Source: Phoronis australis (Eukaryota; Animalia; Phoronida). From it: DNA of 64,000 nucleotides. The notes below the pieces were generated by a model. That model was not told where the DNA came from. It worked only from the letters and a program-made list of their open reading frames with translations, and searched no databases. The translations under genes were made by a program, and so were the position numbers. Shown here piece by piece: positions 13,866-27,100 of the stretch. The DNA lies in contig NMRA01000051.1 in NCBI GenBank assembly GCA_002633005.1, positions 296,794 to 360,793 on the forward strand, written 5' to 3'. Within the stretch, counting starts at the first letter, position 1, and the number at the start of each line of letters is the position of its first letter.

Positions 13866-14014
13866 CAGGGGCACATCCAGAATTTTGAGTTAGGGGGGCC
13901 AGGGAGGAGTATTAGCCCGTCAGACATTTGCACCCCCGTACTACCAAATGGAATCTGGGAGAATATTAGGGGAGGGCATGGCCCCCTTACCCCCCGCCCT
14001 TAAATTCCCCTTTG
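13866..14014. mobile_element. GC-rich-ended MITE, same family as 39937-40100
   Basis: Shares the core GCCCGTCAGACATTTGCACCCCCG. TSD GCACT/GTACT. Confidence 0.65.
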
Positions 14015-15041
14015 GTACTGCCTCGTGTATAAACACAACCTCACAATCTACACGACAGCCTGTCTCCACTGAGCAAGACTGTAATAGCAACTGGTACATC
14101 TTCAGTGATCAAGCGAATAAAACCTACAACTGTTGGCACAGCACTGTGAAAATCACCGTGACTCCAAGGTCGCAGTCATCCACTCCTCGTCACTCACAGC
14201 ATTGCCTCGTTTATATTTATAACAATTTGACGTTGCATGCTATTCTAACGCAGAAGCCACTGTTATACTGTTGCTGGGCGCTACACTCCACAGAGGTGGA
14301 TTATGATTCATTTAATTGATACGAGTGGGAATGTTAACTTGTCCCTTATTCGTCAAATGCAAAGTGGGATGGCTAATGACCTTTTAGGCTAGTCAAATAT
14401 CGGGTCAGTTGGGGCGTAAACTGACTGACATCGAAGCATACGTCATAGCTGAGCAAATGACAACGTCTTATTGGTCCCACATTAAATGGGCGGTAACTTG
14501 ACACACTTGGGAAGTACATTTCGAGTCAACTCTGACGCGCCTCGATGACCCTGAAAAGACCCGTCAGAAGGTGACGCTAGGGGCGTTCCATAGAGACGGG
14601 CGTAAGCACGTTGCATGGATCCCTAAAGTTAAACAATAGGTTGCGACATTTGTACGACATCATTTGGCATTGGAATATTATTACAAAATGTCATAAGTCA
14701 AAGATGAGCTCATTATAAAAACAAGGAAAACATAAATTTCGTGGAAAAAGAACGATACAAATATTCAGAAGGTTAAAGCAATTTACTTGAGTCCTTATCT
14801 GGAACTGTTAATGCAAGCGGGTACAGTGTGCCCGGGAATCACTCTCTGCGGGCATGATAAATGCGCTCAGGCATGTCGAAAATAGTGGTTGCTCGCCGGT
14901 CCCTGAAAATTACGGAAGTATTAGCACCGTTCTTTATTCATGGCAATTATGTTTTCGATGATAATTTCTTAAAATTTATTTTGGTACAGAAATGAATTGT
15001 GTTTTCTAAAAGTGCCTAGCAGGTACAACGTACAAAACCAG

Positions 15042-15242
15042 AGCTTTATCAAAAGTTTGAATAAGACTGATGCAGCTTTATTAAAGGTTTGAATAAGACT
15101 GATGCAGCTTTATTAAAGGTTTGAATAAGACTGATGCAGCTTTATTAAAGGTTTGAATAAGACTAATGCAGCTTTATTAAAGGTTTGAATAAGACTGATG
15201 CAGCTTTATTAAAGGTTTGAATAAGACTGATGCAGCTTTATT
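15042..15242. repeat. Minisatellite, 32-bp unit, about 6.3 copies
   Basis: Near-perfect head-to-tail AGCTTTATTAAAGGTTTGAATAAGACTGATGC with no spacers. Confidence 0.95.
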
Positions 15243-15879
15243 CTGAGGCTTTGGTCACACCTCTCGTACCCTCTGTTGTAGTCACTTCAAGCAGCAAAAA
15301 TTTATTACTTTGTATACGTGGTGATAATCAATTTTGTGTGCTGAAATGATTGGAAATTCTGCGGCACAAAAGAGGTTTCCAAATAGAGTAAGTCCACCTT
15401 GATGTTGGGTCCGTTCGCAAAGTAGTTCAAAGTTGACGTAAAATCCTCATGACATTGAGATTTTGAACAAAAAGTTGTTTTCAATTGCTCGATGGGGCCA
15501 AAATCAGAGTGTTTGTAATCATTCTACTCACAGCCACTTTAAAGACACTCTTTCGGATTCATTTATTTAAATACGTATAAATGAATTTTAACTCAAACCA
15601 GCTTTATTAAAACTGATCTCAATGACACCCATTCGCATTTGTTTCAAAATTATAATATCTTGATAAGAAATTTTTCGTAAATTAAATCCTCAAAACTTAC
15701 TATATTTCCAGAAATTTGGAAACATACAAAAAAACCCCTAATGTATGTTTTGAGTGTAAACACATTTTTGAGTCCCATTTTCACGGTCATTTTTAATATC
15801 AGAATAAACGGTTCTAACTTAAAAGTAGCCTAGCCATGGATTTGTTACTGTAGTACTCGGACACTAGAGACAGTATTCT

Positions 15880-18225
15880 CGGTTTGTGATTGGCCAATGG
15901 TGTTGTTTACAGCAGAATCTACTGGTCAGCATTTGATACATTTTAAGGTCACTGGGGAACCAAAACAACAGATTTGGTGGACCAAAGAACTGGCAGCACT
16001 TCGGGGTAAGGCACGTGAAGCTCACAGAGCGGCAATTCGGACTGACACTGACCAGTGCTGAGATGCATATCATCTTGCCTATCGTATGTTTAAGTTTGCC
16101 ACACACAAAGTAAAGCGTAATTCCTGGAGGAATTTCTGTCAGCAAACTAACAGCCTCTCTGCATCTGCAAGGCTGGTGGAATTGCTTAAGAAGAACCACT
16201 CCTCCAGACTCGAGGTCATTCAAAAAGAGGATGGCTCATACCTACGCTCCGCCAAGGAAACACTCGAAGTCATGATGGGTAAGCACTATACTGATAGTGT
16301 AAACCTATCGAACCAATGTTCTGAAGTGACGGACTCCGAGGAGTGTGAACCATTAGCTTATGCTGACCTTGAAAACATAGCCACACCACATCTCGTGGAT
16401 TTAGTTCTAAAGATTTTTAAACCATGGAAGTCCCCAGGACTAGACATGATATATCCTATAAAGCTGCAAGAGGCTGGGATACCACTATTCCAAATACTCA
16501 CAGCGACATACATGTACAAAGCCAATCAGATTAGATTATATCCCCGAGACTTGGACTGAAGATAGGGTAGTCTTCATTCCTAATCCAGGGAAGAACTCAT
16601 ATTTTTTGGCTGAATCATTTAGGCCTATAACCTTAACATCCTTTCTTCTCAAAGGACTGGAAAGGCTCATTCCGTGGCATATTGATAAAAAGGCATACAG
16701 AACAAACTTCAAAACAACCAGTATGCTTACAGACCTGCTGAGACCGTTCTACATCATCTGGTTGCTAGACTTGAAAGGGCTGTTTTTAATAAACAATTTG
16801 CCCTCTGTGCCTTCATTGATCTTGTTGATGCTTTCAGCAATATTAAGCATGACGCGATCCGAATAGCACTAAACCACCTTAAAGTGAATAGATGTCTTAC
16901 CATTAACATGGTCGGAAGTCAATCTGTGACTGCTTGTCTAGACGATGGGAGTGTGGCGGTTCGCATCACCAGAGGAACACCTCAGGGTGGCGCTGCCTCA
17001 CCCACCCTCATTGGTTATTTGATGGTTTGCTTCGACAATTATCTACTGACATGGATCCAAGCTTGCATGGTGAAGCCTATGCAGACAATATTGTTCGCAG
17101 TGCGTCAAGCATCGATCCTGACACATGTCGCTATCTTGCTCAAAGAGCACTGAATACAGCAGCCTCATGGGCTAAGTCACTTGGAAGCGTAAATGGTTAA
17201 TGTGGCCTTTAACGCTGAATGGTAAACATCTTGATCTTGTAGACAAGGCGACTTATCTAGGTGTCATTTTACACCATCGTCTTCCCTGGACCCCGCATAT
17301 TACAGAAAAAATCTCAAAAGCCGAAACTGTAACGGTGAGATGAAGTCGTGCGGTGGATAAAACTTGGGGAATGTCTCCCAAGAATATGCCCTGGATTTAT
17401 ACTGCTGTTATCCGACCTATAATGTCCTATTCTACGTTGGTACTGTATGTGTAACAGCATTAAAACAGATTACAATTATTAACTTAAGCAGGTGCAACTT
17501 CTAGCTTGTCTGTGGATAACCTCTGGTTTTCCAGGAACGCCTTCTGCAGCCCTAGAAATGGTAATCGGTCTACCACCACTGTACATGTACATATACCTTG
17601 AGAGTGAATCTGCATGTGCTGCACTTCGTCTCAGATATAATGGTCCGAGGGTGAAAACTCACATCCCTGACTCCGTTGTACCCAGAAGCCACAGGAATGT
17701 TTGAAAGAAGCTAATGGCCAAGACTGGGCAAGTATGGAACATGCCTAGTGATGTCCAGGTCACAGCTTTAAATCATACAAACAATTTCTTCACGGAAATT
17801 GGTGATGGATGTCCTACCGCAGAACACAAGCATAAGATGGTTTGTTATACGGACGGCTCTAAACTGGAAAATGGCCAGACAGGTGCTGGAGTCTATTTTC
17901 CATGCCTTCCTGTTGCAGATGCAAAAACTGGGAATCGCTAGGCAATCGTGCCACTGTGTTTCAGGGTGAGTTCACTGCAATTAATAGAGCTACCCAACTG
18001 GCACAACAATATAACATTGAGCTGGGCAATCAGAAATTATCATCTTTTCAGCAATAAAAGTCCTAAAGAAACTAAGGGTCAACCCTCTTTATGATTAATA
18101 CTTGTATTAATGAATATAACAAACTCGCAATTGAAAGAACAGTCACTATACGTTGGGTCAGGGCCCATGTGGGAATTGATGGTAATGAGGATTCAGACAG
18201 ACTGGCAAAGATAGGAGCAAGCGTT
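15880..18225 (+). mobile_element. Degenerate non-LTR retrotransposon, I-group (LOA/R1-like): reverse transcriptase plus RNase H
   Basis: Successive frameshifted motifs KSPGLD, FRPITLTSFLLKGLERLI, RGTPQGG, AYADNI, YLGVI, then RNase H motifs YTDGSK..GAG and RWVRAHVGIDGNEDSDRLAK. Confidence 0.9.
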
Positions 18226-18621
18226 GTCATTTTCACGAAAGACGTCGCTCTAGTCGGTTGGCGACTAATCTTTCACATATGACATCCCCGCTGGTTCCCT
18301 GCGTGCTTAGCCCAGCCAGCACGCAGGTATCACGCAGTGGCACGTGCTTTAGCATTGGTCGATGTAACCTCGGCAGTCATTGGTTAGTTAAAGTCATTCT
18401 CTCACGCGTTGCTAACATTTATTACATGGTTAAAAGATGTTATAAGGTTCCAAGAAGTACCTACCCCATAACTAATACACGATCCGTACTCGAAAACAGT
18501 TTAAATGAACGCGCCACTCACGATTCGCACCCGAAGAAACACCGCCATTTTGAACTTGCCGCGAACCCGGAAGTACAATTCATTCAGGAACCCAGGCCGA
18601 GAAAACGCCGTCAGTGCGACT

Positions 18622-19474
18622 NNNNNNNNNNNNNNNNNNNNNNNNNNNNNNNNNNNNNNNNNNNNNNNNNNNNNNNNNNNNNNNNNNNNNNNNNNNNNNN
18701 NNNNNNNNNNNNNNNNNNNNNNNNNNNNNNNNNNNNNNNNNNNNNNNNNNNNNNNNNNNNNNNNNNNNNNNNNNNNNNNNNNNNNNNNNNNNNNNNNNNN
18801 NNNNNNNNNNNNNNNNNNNNNNNNNNNNNNNNNNNNNNNNNNNNNNNNNNNNNNNNNNNNNNNNNNNNNNNNNNNNNNNNNNNNNNNNNNNNNNNNNNNN
18901 NNNNNNNNNNNNNNNNNNNNNNNNNNNNNNNNNNNNNNNNNNNNNNNNNNNNNNNNNNNNNNNNNNNNNNNNNNNNNNNNNNNNNNNNNNNNNNNNNNNN
19001 NNNNNNNNNNNNNNNNNNNNNNNNNNNNNNNNNNNNNNNNNNNNNNNNNNNNNNNNNNNNNNNNNNNNNNNNNNNNNNNNNNNNNNNNNNNNNNNNNNNN
19101 NNNNNNNNNNNNNNNNNNNNNNNNNNNNNNNNNNNNNNNNNNNNNNNNNNNNNNNNNNNNNNNNNNNNNNNNNNNNNNNNNNNNNNNNNNNNNNNNNNNN
19201 NNNNNNNNNNNNNNNNNNNNNNNNNNNNNNNNNNNNNNNNNNNNNNNNNNNNNNNNNNNNNNNNNNNNNNNNNNNNNNNNNNNNNNNNNNNNNNNNNNNN
19301 NNNNNNNNNNNNNNNNNNNNNNNNNNNNNNNNNNNNNNNNNNNNNNNNNNNNNNNNNNNNNNNNNNNNNNNNNNNNNNNNNNNNNNNNNNNNNNNNNNNN
19401 NNNNNNNNNNNNNNNNNNNNNNNNNNNNNNNNNNNNNNNNNNNNNNNNNNNNNNNNNNNNNNNNNNNNNNNNNN
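18622..19474. other. Assembly gap
   Basis: Run of N. Confidence 1.
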
Positions 19475-19849
19475 TAGGTTTGGCACTTTCTACTCTACTT
19501 TTGGGCGAACTCAAGATAAGTGTCTATTATTCTATGCTTGAGTACACAATAACTTACATAGATAATTTATTGCCCTTAGTTCACAGTTTGTAAACCCAAT
19601 ATTAAAGCAATAAGTTCGAGTTTGAACTCGAAATTTCGAGTTTTTACTCGAGTTTGTAGCACGAATAAAAGGGTCTTCAAGGGCAAACTTAAACTAGAAA
19701 CTCCTATGCATAAACTATAATGTATTCGAGCACAGTCTGATAACCAATTATCTTAAGTTCGCACAAAAGGAGCAGAGAAATTGCCAAAAATAGTTTCGAG
19801 TTTGTTTCGAGTACAAAGATTAGAGACCGGGCCCAGGACTCCGGCAAAG

Positions 19850-22703
19850 CAATATGTATACTAGTCCAGCCTCCATCAGCCAAGCCTTCAGAAGATCAAC
19901 GATATTAACTTGTATTGACAACTGGAATTCCTTGCCATTCAAAATAAAAGAAAGCACTTCAATCGTCACTCTCAAAAATAACTATAAAATGCATACCACT
20001 ACTCCAGACTTGCCAGTCCCATTGACATCATTCCAACTTCCCCGCAACCATGAAATAACCCTATACGGATCAAGATGTGGCCTATTCCTAAACAACGAGA
20101 AACTTAGACATACTTTTGAAAATATTTCGCCTCTGTGTTCCTGTGGAGATAAGCACACATATCCTCATGTTTTCTTTGCTTGTGAGGTATGCAATGAGGA
20201 GAGGGTACAGCTCTTCCAGGCACTCGAACAATACCCCAATGATAATAAAAATATTCTGAAATTCCGCAATTGTACAACAAAATTATGAGTGACTCCATAT
20301 AAAAACCAACAGGTAGAGTCTATACCCAAAATCACCGATTTTTTTGAAACTTAGCACATGAGTTTGATTTGTTGAGAGGTAGAAAAACCTCACTTTTTAA
20401 GAATTTTCATTCATTATTTTTCTTTTTATGACCTGTACCTCCATTTTGCAACAAAATTGGGCGTCGAAGTAGGCATGTTTGAATGCATTTTACTAGCATG
20501 TATGATACGGTCAAAACAAATGAATAATACGAATTGAAAGGGCAATGGCTGAATAATGTAATGGCATAACTTTTAAAATTTATCTTTTAATTTATATGTT
20601 TTGAATTTGTGAAGCAATAACGGCTATTTTTCAGGTTTTCACTGAAGCCATTTTCGGCCACATTTGGCACTCTGTAGCAGCCATAACGCACCTTTCCTGA
20701 AATTGACTTTATAATAATTTGTTAAGTCATTCCTATCCTGTTCATAATCTAAAATAAAAAATCTTGCCTCTAATGTAGTTTTTGCGTACGAAGCATTATA
20801 CGAACTGCACTTCGTCCTATTGCATGTTCTCAGTTGCCTCTGCTACCAGTAGGGGGCTCTTGGAACATATAATAAGCTTGCGAAACACGAAATAAAAACT
20901 TTGCATTTTGGAGAAAAGGCAGACAGCATTATTAATTACCATTCTATGAAAACGGCATTGATGATTAATACTTATTACAAAAACGTGTACGTAAATCAAC
21001 TGGCATGCGTGCTTCTAAATGATAGATGGCGCTGCTTTTGTTTACGTGGAGACTGAAGACGCATCTAGAATAAGAGCAGTAACACGAGGACCTTGCTATA
21101 ATTCAAGACTTCGCGAGATGTTGCCGTGTATTTTAAATGAGAACACGTGGTTTTGGATAAATTTTAGAGAGGTTCTAGTGTTACTGAACTCACCCCTGCC
21201 TTGTTTTCCATCTGCCTTGTTCGTGCCACAGGCAAAGGAAGGCACCCAAGGTGGATATGCCCCGGCCCCTAGTGTTCAGTGCAAAAAATCCTTCAACTTG
21301 TCAATAGTCATTGTAACTTTGGGTTCATATTGTAATGTCCCTGCTGGTTGCTACAAATTTTAGTCGCCACCAGTCGCCAGAAATCTGGTGCTCCCCCCAC
21401 ACACACCGGGCACCCTAACGCTGAATATTTCTGCCAGTATGATCATCAGTGGTATAAAAAGGTACACATTCACAGTCAATATAAAACAATTCGCGAAAGA
21501 CAATTTTATTAATGACTACTTCATGACAGACATGAAGTAAACAGAAGTAACGGTCTCGACTTCATATATCACACTTCTTTGACTGGTATGCTACAAAACT
21601 AGGCTAAACGTTGAGCTCATTTACCACTTCATTCAGTAAATCTATCAACATAACAGCATCTTCAGCAGAAATAGCACCGTCATAAACATTGCTGCAGACA
21701 ACCTCGAAAAAATCCACCAATCTGCGATTCACTTAACATCACAGGTAAACACTTTCACAGTGGGTTCTCGTAATGTTTTCTCCATTTTGGCACTTCCGAG
21801 GGTGAAAGTTTTTACCTGACTTTCTCCTTCATCGAATATGTTCGTCAGAAAGTTCTTATCCTTTGATGAAAATCTTGTTGACCTTTTACCTTTTTTCAAT
21901 GCCTAACCTATTGCTTCAGCATTCGTCTCATCCACATTGTACTCTGAGGCTGCCGCAAATGACGCTTCGGTTCTTGCATCTAAAAGCATTTCTGACGACT
22001 GTCGTGCAATGTGGTCATACGTGTTCAGTGTGGTTACCCACATCCAAATGCCGACCTACATGTACTGTAGTTCTGCGTCTGTAGCAAAAAATTCGAGTAA
22101 CCTTGCTGGGTACAAGGGAATTTTTGTTGAGGCTCTTCACTGGATACAATGCCAACCTTAAGTCTTGGTGTTGAAAATGCGCCATGTCTAGAGATGTTAG
22201 TGTAATTTAGAGAAATAGGTTTCCCATTTTTCTCAGTATTTGTAAGAACTTACCGTCACAAAATTTGGCATTTGGGTTTTTGTTAGGATACCTACCCATG
22301 TACAAAAAATGAAGTTGTTTTAAATTTTGACGTATAGACTGATTTTTGAAAATCTACTGGTTTTTATATGGACTGCCTCTTAATTTCTTCCTATATGGAT
22401 GTCAAGAACTTAACTCAAACGAAAATATGGTTTTATTTGAAATAGTATCAGAATTTCTTTATAACATTAAATCTCTTTGTGTGAGTGGATAGAATTTTAT
22501 ACATCTGTATGAAAATGAATTATTTTCATTCGTTGTCATATATCATTGTATTCTTAACATCAGTTTTTTATTTATGTATTCATATATAATCATTGTACAT
22601 AGACTTCTTTGTATTTTTTACCCAGATCTAATGCCTCTTGGCTCTTTCTGGGTTATGTATATTCATTGTATTCTGAAGATTTCGTAATAAACATTAAAAA
22701 AAA
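19850..22703 (+). mobile_element. 3' end of a CR1-group-like LINE, split by a DNA transposon (LINE parts about 19850-20286 and 22380-22703)
   Basis: WNSLP...CSCG..H..HVFFAC..C..ER before the insertion. NFFLYGCQELNSNENMVLFEIVSEFL after it, then AATAAA and an A-tail at about 22686-22703. Confidence 0.75.
20287..22379 (-). mobile_element. Sola3-like DNA transposon deletion derivative
   Basis: GAG...CTC termini, imperfect TIR core TCCATATAAAAACCA, TTAT/TTAA flanks. Minus-strand remnant FPCTQQG...TYDHI...G*ALKKGKRSTRFSSKDKNFLTNIFDEGE...LSESQIGGFF at about 21690-22150. Confidence 0.65.
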
Positions 22704-22704
22704 C

Positions 22705-22905
22705 TTCAAGCGATAAGCTGACACCAGTAATCCATGTTATGAACTGCTGAACAGACTGCGTGCGAAACCGATGACGTCATTGGATAATTTCAACACCTCC
22801 GTCTGCCGTCAGGTGTCAGGTAACGCAACCGTACGTGTCGTTTTGGAATAGAACTACTCGTTCTAAATTGATACAACATAGGTTGTTTTTGGGTGGCATG
22901 CTCCT
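22705..22905 (-). mobile_element. Terminal fragment of the Kolobok-like family
   Basis: Reverse complement of 62620-62779, ending CTCCT|TTAA. Confidence 0.75.
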
Positions 22906-23518
22906 TTAACTGAAATGAACTTTTGATATCTGTTGTTATTTATGAGTTCTACCTTTCGTCACTGACATTTTTATAGCTCGTGTAAACTACCACACCATCA
23001 CTAAAGATCAAAAACTAAACAATAAATTGTCATCACTTTTACAACATTTTTCTTAAAGTAGATCCCTTTATAAACAAGAACACTCATACATCAGTTTTAC
23101 AGTTAACTACACACTGAATTTCAAAAATTGATTACGCAAAAATTCTCTAGTTTTGGGCAGTGAATAATTATTTTGATCAAAGTAGGAGCTTTTCCCAATT
23201 TTTAGAAATTCACACAGTTGTCTGTCAGAAATTCAATTGGAATGATAACAATTTATTAAATGTTTGTCATGCGAGTCACTTTTTATGAACTTACAGGAGT
23301 ATTCTTGCAACCTGGTATGCTACAACATAGCGTTAGGAATTTGAGAAGTAAGAAAATATACAAATTACTCAGACCACAAACTTCAGGATGAAAAAAAAAT
23401 AAATTTAGGAGACTGTCTCAGTCTGGAGAATTTTAAAGTAATATATCACCGATCTAATTGCTATCATCAACTCTGTCACATTTGCTAAAAATAAATGTTA
23501 GGTAAAAATAATTACAAG

Positions 23519-24143
23519 CTATAAATGTGAGCCACCACAAAAATGTTCAAACATACACCATTGCCAGCATGATGACGAATACACGCAGCAGACAATAGCC
23601 TCTGTATGGCACGTGTTTGAGGGTTTTTGGCAAACATCTACATTTATCCCATACATTATGGTTACAGAGAAGTCATTCTTAGAGCAATATGAAGTGAATG
23701 ACCCACAGAAGTGGTAGCCCATGTAGACTATTTTCCACTTCTTTCACAATTTTCCAAAGAAGCGGCTGGTAATCCAGGTCCCTCATGGGAAATATAAGCA
23801 CACATTTTTCTGAAGTCTTCCAAAGATCATCCAAAGATGTACTGATTTTAAACAACAGTTTCCGATCAAGTTGCTTAGTTGAGTCTTTAGAAACGTTTGG
23901 CAGGAAAGGGTTGAATTGTTGATAATTCTCAGATACTGAATACCCATGGTCAAATAACTCGGGCTTAAAATTTAGCAATCTCTTTGCTCCTGTTGGCGTC
24001 CTAGAAACAGATGTTGAATCAATTAGTACAGGTTTCTGTCGATCTTCAGACTGAGCAATGAGAATGCTGACATCCCATTCTTGCGGATTTCTGCAGCTGT
24101 GTGTCCAGCAAATCATTGTTAAATTGAATGTAAACGAGTTCAA
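23519..24143 (-). pseudogene. Degraded coding fragment with a Cys/His-rich end, possibly a transposase C-terminus
   Basis: 154-aa ORF overlapped by a frame reading C...C...C..CWQWCMFEHF...H. Family not securely recognised. Confidence 0.3.
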
Positions 24144-27100
24144 AAAAATCCAAGTAACTCTGCTTTAATGCAGCTTTTTAAACTTTGTGTGCGTGGGAGT
24201 CGGAGTACAAGAGTTTGCCACATAAAATGCATGTCTTTGACTTCGCGATTTTCAGTGGACTATTATAGTTCACCATCTGAAATTAAATATACGTAAATAG
24301 CAAAGGCTTTCAATTTTTACTAGAATCCCTGATGTGCCCCCTAGAGTTATTTGTGTTCAAGTGAGTTGAATTTTGCCTGTAAAATTGTAATCAAGCTGGT
24401 CAATTTTAGTACTGCAGATGGGAAAAATGTTGAATTAACCTTTTGCAGAAATTCTATAGTTACAGAATTACAAAGTATGACTCTGCTCGGATATAATGGT
24501 CCCTGACATGGATAACAATTAAGTTTCATTCACTGATAGTAACATACGCCGGACGATTTAAGGCGAATTATGCCTCACACTGGTGGGCGCGGTAAAAATA
24601 CGTGGGCGCGCAGTGTAAAACTGGCCAGTTGACGATTTGGGCAACTGAACGAAGGACTGATTGTAGAAAAAGTTGCGCTGGAAGAAATTAAAGACATCAA
24701 TGGGTACCTATGGTGTCCCTCTATGAGCAAGAGGCACTTAAACAACATGACTTTGATGTTTTAATCTGTGTGAGGCATAAGTCATCGAAAATCTATCAAT
24801 GTATGAAACTGTCAGAGGCGCTTCACTGTCTCTACTGGGGCCAACTAGAGACGGTGGCCACTATCTAATCCACTGAAGAATAGGAATGTTATTCAGTTGT
24901 TACATTCATCGACTTTGTTCGATCATTTCCTTGTCCTGTCGTTTGCTTCCCATTTTTCCCTAGTATAAACTGTCCAACAACACGTGTATTCGCCTGGTCA
25001 AGTCTAGACATTTGCTGTCACTGACTGTGTTCCATCTGGCTAACGCTAACAGCCCGACTCCGTGAGGTATAACTAGTGAACCTGCACTGAAATTACTACA
25101 ACATACATGTATTGATAGTGTAATTCTCAAAACCAGGGAACATTATATGCCACTTGTTTCCAAAGTAGTTATGTGTGATAAGACTGAACTCTGATGTCCA
25201 AGTCCAAGCGGCCACAGTCACAGTGATGTGTCGAAAATCACCAATTTATCTTCAATTCAGACCCCTTTTAACTCACTTTTTAAGCAAGTACTACTGTGCA
25301 GGCATACATGGCTGGTCCAGGTTAGATTCCCGGTTCGGGACATTGATCTGAGTCGGCATTTATAACAGTTGTTCAGTAACATTTACATTGATTCAAAAAC
25401 GCGATAGGTCTACTGCCTAAACCAGAAATCGTGAGCCAGTATGTTTACAAAAGCGCCGTCTAACGATTAAAATAATAGAAGTGAACTACGTATGAAATGC
25501 AAGCGTTCTGGATTTTGTGCCTGAACCTGCTATCACGTATCTTACGGATGTCGCAGGATGAGTATACGCAACTACATACCCAGTTAGCATCCCAGTGGGC
25601 ATCACTTTTAAATGACTCCTGCAGAGAGACCAAGGAGAATTTTCCCAACGTGATCGAACCAAAAGGTTCTGAGTCTAGATAGATTGGATATAGGACACGT
25701 CACTCAAATTTTGACGGGCCACTGTAACCTAGCCCGACACTGACACACTGCTTGGCATATGGGGAGCCCAGTGTGTCCCGAGTGTGGTACTGACGTAGAA
25801 TCTCCTAAACCCCTGGTAAAGTCTTGCCCAGCTTTTTATAGGCTAAGGATCAACTTACTCAGGATGGCACTATTACATATAGTTCATGTCAACGAATGGA
25901 AACGTCTGTCCGTTTGACCTAAAGGAGACTGGCAGACTTGAAAACTTCCTTCACGAAGAGCCATAATCGGGCTCTCGTGCTTTTGCTCAGGTGTTGTGTG
26001 CAATGGGCCCAACCATGAGGCCTGCGCACGTCTGATGCACCGCAAATGACACCAGGCCACGTACACTGTTTTTTTATTTGATACGTTTAAATCCGTTTTG
26101 TTCTTTCACATAAGTGTGTAACCTACTTTTCTGATAAAAAATAAGAACTATTAACCATACAAGAGAACAGTGAATTGTCAGGTGAAAAAATGACGAAATT
26201 TTCTCCTTTGGCTTCATTTTAACGCCTACTTACTAAATGTGCAGCTTTAAGTGGAACACTGCACGAAAGAGGTAGAATATGTTAAAGTAAAACAGCCCCG
26301 TGAAAGTACTCGTGAAACCTTGTTTAAACTCCTACAGCTCAGGAGGCACTAACTAATATAGCTTTGGCATGGGTGCACTCAGGGAGGCTCGGGGGCAACA
26401 AGGTCCCCCTGAATGAAACAAGAAGTCCAAGAAAACGAGACACAAGTCCACAAAGTCCACAGGAATTCGGCGCAGATGCACAATTCGTGGGCCTGAACCT
26501 AGTAGCCCTGTTATTTTAGTCCTCATTGATTTTCTTCAGTAGAAGGTCCGCCTGCGTATCGAAAAATTCGAGCCCCTCCATATTTTGGGCTGGGTGTGCG
26601 CATGTTTGGGACTCGTGTTTATAAGTGCGCGAGCCGTGCTGTTCGAGTTCCCTGATAGGATGACTACAAATTGTATCACGCAGAGCGTTACAGGAGGAAT
26701 AACTACGTCAACAGGCCTGATTTGAAATAGAACAGCACCTCTCCCAATCTGACGTATTGGCAAACCACTCCTAAGGGGGCACAGAACAGTTCTCACAGGG
26801 ATTTGCCTGAGGACACACCTCAATGGAGTATTCACCCTTTCTTCACTCTGCATGCAAAGGAAAAAAATTTTTGAGTCATTTCACATCACAAGCCCTACAG
26901 ATGAGCACAGAATTTTTGTTCTCTCTCATATTCTTGAACCTTTCACTCCTACTAAAAACCAATGCTAGACTTAGAAAAATAGGGACAAAAAACTTGCAAA
27001 ATCGTCACTTTTCAAACCAAATCACCATTTCCCTGACGATGGGCTCGACTAAAGCCAACCGTATATTCCGAAAGCAAGTTTCCTACCGATTCCAAAATTG

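Larger units (their letters stand above)
5772..14592 (+). mobile_element. IS3EU-like DNA transposon (about 8.8 kb including nested insertions and a gap)
   Basis: About 40-bp TIR TATGGAACGCCCCTAGCGTCACCTT(G/C)TGACGGGTCTTTTC at both ends. Perfect 6-bp TSD GAGACG (5766-5771, 14593-14598). TAY..RTA termini with a 6-bp TSD are the described IS3EU signature. Confidence 0.8.

Noticed and set aside
15042-15242. 32-bp repeat array as a CRISPR
   Set aside because: Units are contiguous with no spacers, there are no cas genes, and the context is eukaryotic. It is a minisatellite.
12539-19593. Long ORFs of 117-427 aa in the ORF track
   Set aside because: They are artefacts of translating through N gaps.
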